Origin: a virus | Lineage: Duplodnaviria; Caudoviricetes | Strand: one strand, 5' to 3' | Virus record (IMG/VR): IMGVR_UViG_3300033416_000019 | Location: 1 to 38,464 of that record | Length of the DNA stretch: 38,464 nucleotides | In this document: piece after piece, positions 28,489 to 37,583 of the stretch | Layout: every line of letters begins with the position of its first letter | Position numbering within the stretch: position 1 is the stretch's first letter | Translations under genes and position numbers: made by a program | The notes under the pieces: model-generated | What the model saw: the letters and a program-made list of their open reading frames with translations, nothing else | The model's database searches: none | What the model was told of the DNA's origin: nothing

Positions 28489-29386
28489 ATGGCTTCTGTA
28501 AACATCCTATCAGAATCTGGTGATGGCTATATCTTAGGTAGCGCTTCAGCATACGCCGACGCACGTAGTACGTCCGGCAGTTCTAACACCACTGGCGCGG
28601 AAATCATCTTCGGCCAGAGGCTGTCCGGTGCCACGTATTCAGTGTGGCGTGGCTACCTACGGTTTAATACGTCAACTATACCCGATGACGCCATCATCAC
28701 ATCTGTTAGGTTGTACCTGAAGTCCAGCGCTGACAACAGTACCGTTGACTTCAACATCAAGATCTATCGGTACGCTTGGCAGTCGCCGCTTGCCACCTAC
28801 AGAGAAGCCAACTTCGACGGCGCGTGAGGGGACGTTTAGAAACACCTCTTCTGGCTGGGTTGCTGGCACGTGGTACAACATGAGCCTCAGCACTGCCGGG
28901 ATCAACAAAACTGGCTATACAAGCTACGTCATCGTCTCGGAAGAGGATGTCAACAATAGCACCCCAAGCGACTACGAATACGCCAACGCTTACTCCGCAG
29001 ACTTGCTCAATAACGAACCCTATCTCACTATTGAGTATACAGTACCGTCGGAGTCGGCGTCGGAGAGCGCGTCAGCCAGCGCCAGTGCGTCAGCCAGCGC
29101 ATCGACTTCAGCAAGCAAGAGCGCTAGTGCATCAGAGAGCGCGTCGCCGTCGCCCAGCGCTTCGCTGTCGCCAAGTGCATCAGAGAGCGCATCGCCAAGT
29201 GCCAGTGTGTCACCAAGCGCTAGTGAGAGTGCATCAGAGAGTGCATCAATATCACCAAGCGCTAGTGTGTCACCAAGTGCGTCGGAGAGTATGTCGGAGA
29301 GTGCATCGCCAAGCGCCAGCGAAGGGCCACCTGTATCTATGTATCATAGGGTGCAGGATCTAAGCGGCGGCATGACGATTGCCTAA
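28489..29386 (+). pseudogene. DNRLRE-like beta-domain plus (Ser-X)n tail protein, split by a frameshift near 28820
   Basis: Frame 1 (RGYLRFNTSTIPDDAIITS) stops at TGA 28825-27. The domain continues in the +1 frame (GW..GTWY...INKTG...PYLTIEY) and then a Ser repeat. Confidence 0.7.
29048..29320 (+). repeat. Second (Ser-X)n coding repeat, about 91 aa
   Basis: [13 protein letters not shown]...SPSASES. Confidence 0.95.
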
Positions 29387-29404
29387 TAATATGAATGAAG
29401 GAGG

Positions 29405-29704
29405 ATGAACATGGACTTTCCAGCGTTTCTCAGTTACTTGCAGACGGTTAGCGGCATCAATGCAGCCATCGGTATCATCATGAGCTTCCTTGTAGACCTG
29501 TGGCCAGCATACAATGAGCTGGATGCCAAGGCCAAGCGGTTGGTATTCCTTGGGCTATGCTTCGGCGTAGCTATAGCCTCTGCTGTGGTTATGGCCATAC
29601 TGAAGTACGCCCCCTGGGACTTCAATGCGCTGTTCTGGCCTGCGGTCGTCTCCGCGTTTGCCGCGTTCACTGGCGGCACGTTCGCACATACGCGGAAGTT
29701 GTAG
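29405..29704 (+). CDS. Putative holin
   Basis: 99 aa, three hydrophobic segments, basic C-terminus, AAGGAGG RBS and an M-N-M start. Confidence 0.65.
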   Translation: MNMDFPAFLSYLQTVSGINAAIGIIMSFLVDLWPAYNELDAKAKRLVFLGLCFGVAIASAVVMAILKYAPWDFNALFWPAVVSAFAAFTGGTFAHTRKL

Positions 29705-29719
29705 TAGAATAGCGGGCGG

Positions 29720-29792
29720 GCTACAGGGATGTCCCAAGAATGTCCCAACAATGTCCTTTAACATAAGACATCTCTGTGGGCATCCCTGTAGC
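29720..29792. repeat. Intergenic inverted repeat enclosing 11-bp direct repeats
   Basis: GCTACAGGGATG (29720-31) pairs with CATCCCTGTAGC (29781-92). ATGTCC occurs three times at 11-bp period inside. Confidence 0.8.
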
Positions 29793-29824
29793 TACCTATA
29801 CCATCTGTACTGGATTGGTATGAA

Positions 29825-32359
29825 ATGAAGTTTGGCACCTTCCACTTCGGTGACAATGTACTCTTTGGCGATAGTATAGCCATCGAAGACGGGTCAGCCC
29901 TGGCCAGCGGCTGGAGCTTCCCGTTTGAACGGTGGAGCTACCCCGCGGGTGAAGGGTGGAGCTGGCCAAATACAGGGCTATCGTTCCCGGCTGGAAGTGG
30001 ATGGAGCTGGGCTTTTGGGGATTGGTCATATCATACAAATTGGTCATACCAGTGGTCATATGAGCCAGGGTTCTCATACCAGTGGTCATGGCCGAACTAC
30101 ATCTCGTATCCGTGGTGGGATGGATGGAGTTATAAAGGGGAGGGGTGGAGCTACCCTGGGGGCTACTGGAGCTATGACCATGTGGATAACTGGTCGTACC
30201 AGTATTATACGGGGTATTCGTACCCTGGTGGGTGGAGCTATAGATACGGCTGGAGCTACCCCGAAAGGTTCGCTATAGAGCGGGAGCACATCACTGCTGG
30301 GCAGGTGGTGCTTACTAGTTATCTATCGGCATGGTGGCTGAATGCAGTGGAGAGGGGTGTAGATAGCACTGAGGCCATCGGGCACGCTGCAGATAGTAGG
30401 GTGGTGCCGCTGGACAGGGGGACGCTGGCAGACCACCCGAAGGCGCTGGGGTTCAAATGCAACCACCTGGACGCCGTTTGGGAGCCATGGGTTGGGCAGG
30501 TCGCTGAGGACTACTACCCCAACCGTCGGCATGTGCTCTCGGTGTATGCCTGGATCGATGAGGTGAGTGACGGCGACGGCGAACTTACATTGGAGGCCGA
30601 CTGGGGCACTGGGAATATCGGTATTGACGACTACTCTTCCGCTTCATGGAACCACACCTGGGCGGCGCAGTATGATAGCAACTTCAGAAGGATGGCTCCT
30701 GATGGGACTGTTGACTCCTCTCACACTATCCCGGCTGGCAAGGGTGTCTATAGGTACTGGGTAACCATCCCGCAGAAGGCTGAAGGCTATTCGATACGGT
30801 GCAGGATCAGGGCGCTGTCTGGAGACTTCTATACCGACCAAGTGAAGCTAGAGCCAGAGAGACCACTGGACGTTGGGCAGGCTGACAGCGCTGGCACCAC
30901 TTGGCTTCAGGACGACAGCAAGTCCTGGGCTATCAACCAGTGGGCTGCAAAGCAAGTCGTCATCACCTCCGGCGTCACTGCCCCCAAGCGCTATGACGTC
31001 AGCAGCAATACCTACAACCGAGTTTACATAACGGCCGGCTGGAGTCTTGTTGGCGATGAGACGTATGAGATTACGGTCATCGGGGCAGACTCGCGGCCCA
31101 CGGCGTATGTGGATGAGGGGATGCCGTCGGGATGGATCAGCGCTATCAAGGCGGAGAACATCACTGGCGGGTTGCTGACGTTAGGTGGATCGACGGTCAG
31201 TGGGGGCGTAGGCGGGGCGCGGCTGAGGGTGCTTGACGAAGATGACAATGTGATCATCACCCTTGGTGAGAATATTGAGGGAGATGCCTATAGGGGGTTG
31301 GATCTCAAGCTGGGGTCAGGTATCAGAATCGCTTCCGGTTCCGGTGGCATCATCGACGTTGGCAACAACGTCAAGATCACGGAGTACGGGTTCTTTGGGT
31401 ATGATGATGTAGGATCGGAGATCATCGCCATCCGCACCACCGGGGAAGATCGGTTCAAGTTCATGACAAGCGGTGAGTGGAAGCAAAGGATGGAGTTCGG
31501 GTATAACGACGGCTTCCAGTTCTTCGATGACGCCAATGTGCCGTTTGTGAGTATGAACCCGGCGACGGGCACGGTGTACCTTGGGAAAGAACATCAGGCG
31601 CACATCACGATCACCCCTGATTATGTGCGGGTGTACGCCGATACGCTGTTCATGGACAGCGTGGTGGACTTCCAGGATCATGGGGAGCTGCGGATTGGTA
31701 TTGGTACGCCGGACACCGACTTCACTGGCCTGCGGATATACAGGAACGGCAGTGTGTATCGGTTTGAGGGGCAGTACAACGGCGTGCCGCAGGTTTGGAT
31801 CGGGTCGGACGGGAAGGAGTATGCAGGCGGCGGGGATGTGAGGCTGGATGAGAATGGCTTATCCTTCCTGGGCGGCACAGAGGATCCCAGCAACTCTATT
31901 ACTTGGTACTCCGGCAGCGATATCGTAGCAAGGACGTATGCCTATGAGACCGCTGGGATGGGGTACTTTATGTTCGGGGCGAACTTTGAAAAGGATTTCG
32001 ATGACGGGTGGGCGAATATCTCAGCGTATCGTGACACAGTATCGCACGACAGCTCTAAACTACACCTATACGCCGACAGGGATGATGACACCGGGAGCTA
32101 TGCACGGCTAATGGTTCCGTATGGCGGGCAGATCATCGCGCGCGATACAGGCGTGGCGAACGTAGCGAACTTTGCCTTCAACCTGGAGTCCTACGGTGGT
32201 GGCAAGGGCGTTATTAGCATAAAGGATTGTGATACCGCACCGACAGGGAATCCGGTTGGCGGTGGCGCATGGTTTGTTGAGAACGGGGCACTGAAGTATA
32301 TAGGCACGTCTGGTGCCGCAAGGACGATTGTCAATGCTGATGGGACACCGGGGTGGTAA
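29825..32359 (+). CDS. Tail fibre/adhesin-like protein with N-terminal Trp-Ser-Tyr repeats
   Basis: WSY repeats, a carbohydrate-binding-like segment (SVYAW...DQVKLE...PTAY), I.A.NI.GG.L and a Gly-rich beta shaft. Confidence 0.75.
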   Translation: MKFGTFHFGDNVLFGDSIAIEDGSALASGWSFPFERWSYPAGEGWSWPNTGLSFPAGSGWSWAFGDWSYHTNWSYQWSYEPGFSYQWSWPNYISYPWWDGWSYKGEGWSYPGGYWSYDHVDNWSYQYYTGYSYPGGWSYRYGWSYPERFAIEREHITAGQVVLTSYLSAWWLNAVERGVDSTEAIGHAADSRVVPLDRGTLADHPKALGFKCNHLDAVWEPWVGQVAEDYYPNRRHVLSVYAWIDEVSDGDGELTLEADWGTGNIGIDDYSSASWNHTWAAQYDSNFRRMAPDGTVDSSHTIPAGKGVYRYWVTIPQKAEGYSIRCRIRALSGDFYTDQVKLEPERPLDVGQADSAGTTWLQDDSKSWAINQWAAKQVVITSGVTAPKRYDVSSNTYNRVYITAGWSLVGDETYEITVIGADSRPTAYVDEGMPSGWISAIKAENITGGLLTLGGSTVSGGVGGARLRVLDEDDNVIITLGENIEGDAYRGLDLKLGSGIRIASGSGGIIDVGNNVKITEYGFFGYDDVGSEIIAIRTTGEDRFKFMTSGEWKQRMEFGYNDGFQFFDDANVPFVSMNPATGTVYLGKEHQAHITITPDYVRVYADTLFMDSVVDFQDHGELRIGIGTPDTDFTGLRIYRNGSVYRFEGQYNGVPQVWIGSDGKEYAGGGDVRLDENGLSFLGGTEDPSNSITWYSGSDIVARTYAYETAGMGYFMFGANFEKDFDDGWANISAYRDTVSHDSSKLHLYADRDDDTGSYARLMVPYGGQIIARDTGVANVANFAFNLESYGGGKGVISIKDCDTAPTGNPVGGGAWFVENGALKYIGTSGAARTIVNADGTPGW
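29909..30262 (+). repeat. Aromatic-Ser-aromatic (WSY/WSW/FSY) coding repeat, about 18 copies
   Basis: Read directly from the translation; spacing between copies is irregular. Confidence 0.9.
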
Positions 32360-32361
32360 TA

Positions 32362-35300
32362 ATGATACTAGACTTCATCAAACGACATAGGAATGCGATC
32401 ATCGGGGCAACAGTGGCAGTAGTTGCAGCTGGCGTTGCAGGTGGGATAGTAATCGGTTATGTCAACCCAGCGACTGGCCATGAGCCGACGGCAGCGATCT
32501 ACCTGCAGGGCGGGTGCTACAACGGCTTGTGCAGTGACTTTGGGGCATCCACCTATGGGATGGAGGGGAAATTCTGGTGGAGTTATGTCGATAGCAACTT
32601 CACCCCGATCACCAACTTCCTAAATGAGCTGGGGACTAACAGCCGCACTGGTGGGCTGATGATCGACATCTTCTCGGACTACGGGCCAAACGCTGACACG
32701 AACAACGACGATGGAAGCAAGATCAGAACGCCGTCTGAGCATAGCGCCACGATGAGCGTGTGCTTCCCTGACCTTGTTACCGGGAAGACAAACCCAACAG
32801 ACTATGATAGAGCGTGCTCCTTCCAGTGCGTCATCATACCCAATTACAACAGCACTACATATAGAAATGGTTATGTAGACTTCATAACTAGGCTTGGCGC
32901 GGCGTTCAATGGCAATGCCAATCTGCAGTATGTGACGATATCCGATGGGTATCATGGGGAAAGTGCGCCAGCTGTGCCACAGCGGAGGACGACTGTATAC
33001 GGTGGTAAGACGATTGGCGCAACCTGTGACTTCGCTGCCCAGGCGAATAGCCAGCTACAGGGGAAGTTCTATACCGAGTGGAGCAAACTCATCATCGACG
33101 CTTACCGAGCAGCGTTTCCAAATAAGACTGTCTACTGGCAGGGCGGGTTGGCAAGCGATACTGGTAGGGGTGTTATCATACCGTACCTCCTCACGCGGAC
33201 TCCACACCCTGTAGGGTACAAGCCGAATGGATTCTCTGAGACCGGCCAGAATGGTAACTGGGTATATGGAACTGGAAACCAGAACCGCGGGATGCTGCAA
33301 GCAGCGTATACTAATATCGATGACATGCCTGTAGGCGCTGAGATGAAGTATACCCCACCGGACGTTCAGGGTGCTTGGACTGCCGGACATCAGGTGGCCG
33401 CGTTTTATCCCGACTTCGTTGTTGTACAACCCACCTATGCAAGTGGCAGCTCCGTAGGCACCGGGTCGCTATGGATAGACAAATGGAGCAACGCTGGCAT
33501 CCTGACGTGGATGCAGAACAGGCTTGGTAAGACTCCGGCAACGGATGATACAGTATGGCAATCGCCGCACATGATGGAGACAACATCCGGGACGTACTCA
33601 TCCGACTGGCCATATGACTACGGATCACTGATGTCAATGGCAACTTGTAGCAATGCGACGATAAGCTCAAAGTGTGGCATCTACAGGTTGTATCAGTACG
33701 ATGTCAATAATAGGGGTTCGGTAAGCATTCCATGGAAGACAGCGCTCCCTGATGGAGTGGAAGCGAACTACCGCTCCAGGCATGTTGCTCAGATCCCCCC
33801 TCTTTACGTTGAAGCGTATGATGTCCCTAGTAATTGGCAGTATAGCTGCACCACGCAGGGGGCAGTTGAGTATGTGGTCAAGGTTGACTACATAGATACG
33901 ACAGCTACAGGCAGGGTGGTATTCAGGCAGTCTAATGGAACGCTCATCTATAAAACATTCGGTGGCGGTAATACTGGTGCTTATGTCACCCTGACCTCAG
34001 CCGCCGACAGTAGCATACACATCTGCAACGGGTTCGGTGGCGGCACAAAGAGAGACGGGACGGCTGGGTTTGTCGATTTCTATATCGAGAACACCAGCTC
34101 CTCAGTAACTTTGTTATTCGCCAAGGTGCAGCTGATTGGCACGACAACCGCTGGGCCGACCAACACCCCAACACCAACACACACACCAACGGCTACCCCG
34201 ACACATACTCCTACCGCTACACCAACTGCCACTAGCCTTCCTGGGCCAACTAATACCCCCACACCTACACACACCCCTACCGCTACTCCTACGGCTACCC
34301 CTACCGCCACCCCGACTGCCACTAGGCCATCTGGTACCCTGTTGATCACGACGATCAACGCTAACCTTGACACGTACATCGACTCCGCGTACCCAACTAC
34401 GTCGTACAACAACGCTCAGAGGCTATACGTCGCGCCACTTTCGGGGACAAGGAGAGTGCTGCTGCGATTTGATGGCGTGAACAACCTCCCATCGGACGCC
34501 ATTATTGATCGGGCGATAGTCAACTTCTCCAACGCCCAGCTCCTTGGTGAGCTGGCGGTAGTCAACATCCGCTTGCTGAAGACTTCGTTCTCATCTACGG
34601 CAACGTGGAATGATAGGGATACAGGCGTGGCATGGAGCACGGCTGGCGGCGCGGCTGGGGTGGACTATTACAACTCACCGTATGCCAGCATCAACGCCGA
34701 CTGTAATTACATCCCTACGTCAGCCGATGTCACAACGCTGGTGAAAGAGTGGGTGGAAAACGGCGTTACGAATAACGGGTTCATATTCATGAGTTCGCAG
34801 TACGACTGGTACATCTTTGACTCCCTGGAGCTGAACCCGGCTACGCTAACGGTGTACTACTACAGCGCTGAGCCGACGAATACGCCTACTCCTACTCCGA
34901 CCGCGACGCCAACCCCTGGCATCACCATTGGTATCGTCAACTCACCGACCTACGACTATCCTGGGTCGTGGACGTTCACGATGAACATAACCAATACGGC
35001 ACAGACAAAGGACGACCTGATCGGGTTCTACTTCTACCCGCCAGCGGGTAGCCCTATCCCATCGTCTGAGCCAGCGATGTCATGGGACGGCGGTGTCCAT
35101 AGGCTAGCTGGATCTTCTTACCTACCGATAGGGAAGTCATCGTGGCGCATCACGCAGCAGGGGTGGCTTGCATCGGCCAGTGAGTATAAGGCCGTAGTCT
35201 TCGTTGGTGACTGGAGCACATATGTGACGCTGGACGTAACAGCTAACATCGTCAACACCGCTACTCCTACCCACACGCCAACTGCCACATCCACGGCCAC

Positions 35301-35835
35301 CGCTACCCCAACGCCCACTGACACACCTACCCCAACGGTCACACCGACGCCAACTCCATACGGTGGTAGTAGCCCCATCGTCCTCAACGAGATAATCGTC
35401 ATACCAGGGAGGGATCATAACTATGACGGCACCACAGACCTGGATGACCAAGGGGTTGAACTATATAACCGTGGAACCACTGATGTGGATTTGTCGAATT
35501 GGGAATTTGTGATATATGATGGATATACTGAATCGGAATATGTGCAGTTGCCGCAAGGGTTCACGCTGGACGCTGGCGCATGGTGGGTAATGCGCCCGAA
35601 GCAAATGGATAATGTGCATCTGTCCACTGTTGAAGGAAAGGTGTCCTTGTACAACAGTGACCACACATTAATAGATTCAGTATACTGGGGTTCTGGTGGG
35701 TGGGTTCCAGTAAGTGGGATGTCGTGGGGGAGGTACCCTGATGGTGAAGAAACGTGGAACTCGCTTTACCCAAGCCCCGGATATGCCAATTTGCCATGGC
35801 CCACGGCAACGCCGACGGCGACTGCAACGCCTTAG
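32362..35835 (+). CDS. Membrane-anchored multidomain protein: glycoside-hydrolase-like, DNRLRE and lamin-tail domains with PT linkers
   Basis: Basic plus hydrophobic N-terminus; P.Y....Y..FI..LG..FNG...G..GE and AY..AFP.K; DTYI...LLRFD...ATWN...DVT.LV..W; IVLNEI...VELYN...DLS.W...GRYPDG...SPG..N; four PT tracts. Confidence 0.8.
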   Translation: MILDFIKRHRNAIIGATVAVVAAGVAGGIVIGYVNPATGHEPTAAIYLQGGCYNGLCSDFGASTYGMEGKFWWSYVDSNFTPITNFLNELGTNSRTGGLMIDIFSDYGPNADTNNDDGSKIRTPSEHSATMSVCFPDLVTGKTNPTDYDRACSFQCVIIPNYNSTTYRNGYVDFITRLGAAFNGNANLQYVTISDGYHGESAPAVPQRRTTVYGGKTIGATCDFAAQANSQLQGKFYTEWSKLIIDAYRAAFPNKTVYWQGGLASDTGRGVIIPYLLTRTPHPVGYKPNGFSETGQNGNWVYGTGNQNRGMLQAAYTNIDDMPVGAEMKYTPPDVQGAWTAGHQVAAFYPDFVVVQPTYASGSSVGTGSLWIDKWSNAGILTWMQNRLGKTPATDDTVWQSPHMMETTSGTYSSDWPYDYGSLMSMATCSNATISSKCGIYRLYQYDVNNRGSVSIPWKTALPDGVEANYRSRHVAQIPPLYVEAYDVPSNWQYSCTTQGAVEYVVKVDYIDTTATGRVVFRQSNGTLIYKTFGGGNTGAYVTLTSAADSSIHICNGFGGGTKRDGTAGFVDFYIENTSSSVTLLFAKVQLIGTTTAGPTNTPTPTHTPTATPTHTPTATPTATSLPGPTNTPTPTHTPTATPTATPTATPTATRPSGTLLITTINANLDTYIDSAYPTTSYNNAQRLYVAPLSGTRRVLLRFDGVNNLPSDAIIDRAIVNFSNAQLLGELAVVNIRLLKTSFSSTATWNDRDTGVAWSTAGGAAGVDYYNSPYASINADCNYIPTSADVTTLVKEWVENGVTNNGFIFMSSQYDWYIFDSLELNPATLTVYYYSAEPTNTPTPTPTATPTPGITIGIVNSPTYDYPGSWTFTMNITNTAQTKDDLIGFYFYPPAGSPIPSSEPAMSWDGGVHRLAGSSYLPIGKSSWRITQQGWLASASEYKAVVFVGDWSTYVTLDVTANIVNTATPTHTPTATSTATATPTPTDTPTPTVTPTPTPYGGSSPIVLNEIIVIPGRDHNYDGTTDLDDQGVELYNRGTTDVDLSNWEFVIYDGYTESEYVQLPQGFTLDAGAWWVMRPKQMDNVHLSTVEGKVSLYNSDHTLIDSVYWGSGGWVPVSGMSWGRYPDGEETWNSLYPSPGYANLPWPTATPTATATP

Positions 35836-35863
35836 AGATAAAGATAAAGGGAAAGGAGATGAC

Positions 35864-36205
35864 ATGCCAAACGACGACGGGAACATGATCTTCATGGCGG
35901 CTCGGATCGATGGGAACCAAGTATTCTCAAAGAGGCTACCGATCCCCACGGACTACGACGCTGGAAGGGCGATGATCAACAGCGTTGGTGGGGACTTGAT
36001 GGCTGCAGTTCTAGCGTACCATGCGAATAAGGAGATCATCAGGCTGCGGAAGGAACTTGAGGAGCTGAAGAAGGCGCAGGTAAAGGCACCGACGGCTGAG
36101 GGTGCTACCGAAGCTACCACTGAAGCTGCTCCTGAGAAGCCTAAGCGCAAGCCGCGTAAGCCACGTGAGTCACGCCCTATCCAAACCATAGCTGACGGCG
36201 TGTAA
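35864..36205 (+). CDS. Hypothetical protein with coiled coil and Lys/Pro-rich tail
   Basis: AAAGGAG RBS before ATG 35864. Confidence 0.65.
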   Translation: MPNDDGNMIFMAARIDGNQVFSKRLPIPTDYDAGRAMINSVGGDLMAAVLAYHANKEIIRLRKELEELKKAQVKAPTAEGATEATTEAAPEKPKRKPRKPRESRPIQTIADGV

Positions 36206-36216
36206 TGACTTCATCC

Positions 36217-36289
36217 TGGGCAGGCAACGGCCACTCCCACCCACACTTGCGCCCACACAAGTGTGCCTCCTCCCACCGTTGCCTGCCCA
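36217..36289. ncRNA. Candidate structured RNA or terminator: two-stem hairpin with C-rich internal loop
   Basis: 14-bp outer stem (36217-30/36276-89) and 8-bp inner stem (36242-49/36258-65), followed by TATTTCTT. Confidence 0.5.
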
Positions 36290-36311
36290 TATTTCTTGAA
36301 AGGGAATAGCA

Positions 36312-37196
36312 ATGAAGAAAGCATATCACTTGATTCTTGCCGACCTCCACTCAGGCCACAAGTTTGGCCTATGCAACCCCGAAACAATCATGTACGACGA
36401 AGACAGCAACGGCAACAGGGCTGCACGTTACCCCAAGCTAGGCCCATTCCAATCTGAGTTGTGGAACGATTTAATGGTGGTGAAAGGGAGAGTTGAGGCA
36501 ATCGTCCACGACGACCCGGTGATCATAACGTGTGCTGGCGATATCACGCAGGGCATACGGTTCATGGAGAGCCTGATGTCCACGGAGATCGATGACCACA
36601 TAGAAATAGCGTTCTATGCACTGCTGCCGTGGTTCGAATCCCCCATGAACGTGATAGCGGCTAGACTGATCCACGGCACCGGGGTACACTCCTTCGGTGG
36701 GCACGCGGAAAACAGTGTGGCCAGGGAGCTGCAGGCATCGTTCCCTAATGTAGATATCGCTACCACCTCACACTCACTACTGAACATAAGCGGTAAGACC
36801 TTCAACATAGCGCACCATGGGCCGACACCAGGGAGTAGGAATTGGTTGAAGGGCAGGGAGTTGCTGTATTACGTGCAGTCGCTCGTAGGAGATTGCCTGG
36901 ACGCAGATGAGGTTCCCCCCGATTTCGTAGCACGCGCACACTACCACGAATGGGTTCCCCCAATTACGTACCGGAAGTACCACAGTGGCAAGTTGTATGA
37001 GACCACTGGCATTCTCCTCCCATCGCTATGCGGCATCACCAACCACGGAAGACAGGCTACAAAGAGCAAGACAAGTATCACCGTTGGCGTGATGCTGATT
37101 GAGGTGTCTGACGATGGGCACACGGTGATGTATGGGCCGGAGTCCGGTTTGATCGCTACGTACAATCTGCTGGCTGAGGAGAAGATGACGTGGTAA
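36312..37196 (+). CDS. Calcineurin-like metallophosphoesterase
   Basis: ADLHSG, GD, HGT..H, IAHH and RAHYH metal-binding motifs. Confidence 0.85.
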   Translation: MKKAYHLILADLHSGHKFGLCNPETIMYDEDSNGNRAARYPKLGPFQSELWNDLMVVKGRVEAIVHDDPVIITCAGDITQGIRFMESLMSTEIDDHIEIAFYALLPWFESPMNVIAARLIHGTGVHSFGGHAENSVARELQASFPNVDIATTSHSLLNISGKTFNIAHHGPTPGSRNWLKGRELLYYVQSLVGDCLDADEVPPDFVARAHYHEWVPPITYRKYHSGKLYETTGILLPSLCGITNHGRQATKSKTSITVGVMLIEVSDDGHTVMYGPESGLIATYNLLAEEKMTW

Positions 37197-37213
37197 CATA
37201 GGTAGTAATAATA

Positions 37214-37268
37214 AGTAGACATTCAACAAACATTCAGTAAACATTCAGTAAACATTCAGTAGACATTA
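37214..37268 (+). repeat. Five tandem 11-bp repeats (AGTAAACATTC consensus)
   Basis: agtagacattc aacaaacattc agtaaacattc agtaaacattc agtagacatta. Confidence 0.92.
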
Positions 37269-37280
37269 TATGAGGATACT

Positions 37281-37583
37281 ATGTCAATCAAAGATGTTCT
37301 CGATGAGATTATCGCAGACCAGATCTCCTTGCTTACCCCACCGCCTGACGACGCCTTCACTGCCTACGACTTCGCCTCACGTGTACAGCTATCCACTGGT
37401 AGGCCGCTGCCCATAGGTCGCGCCAAGTCCATCCTCAGCCGACTGGTTGATGAGGGTGCGCTGGAAAGCGATCTAATCTACACCGAAGGCAAGTTCGGTG
37501 GTAAGTACAAGCGGTTCTACTGGCAGGTCGATGGAGGATCCCCCCAACCTACCAAGGATACTGAAGATACTGAAGATACCTAA
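37281..37583 (+). CDS. Putative winged-helix DNA-binding protein
   Basis: FTAYDFA...AKSILSRLVDEGALES plus a beta wing. GAGGA RBS. Confidence 0.6.
   Translation: MSIKDVLDEIIADQISLLTPPPDDAFTAYDFASRVQLSTGRPLPIGRAKSILSRLVDEGALESDLIYTEGKFGGKYKRFYWQVDGGSPQPTKDTEDTEDT

Noticed and set aside
28825-28839. TGA readthrough or alternative genetic code
   Set aside because: The same frame hits TAG three codons later, and TGA, TAG and TAA all end genes normally elsewhere in the window.
27455-35835. Diversity-generating retroelement or invertible tail-fibre cassette
   Set aside because: No reverse transcriptase or invertase, and no template/variable repeat pair was seen by eye.
144-37244. Numerous short minus-strand ORFs in the supplied track
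   Set aside because: All overlap well-supported plus-strand genes and show no recognisable motifs.
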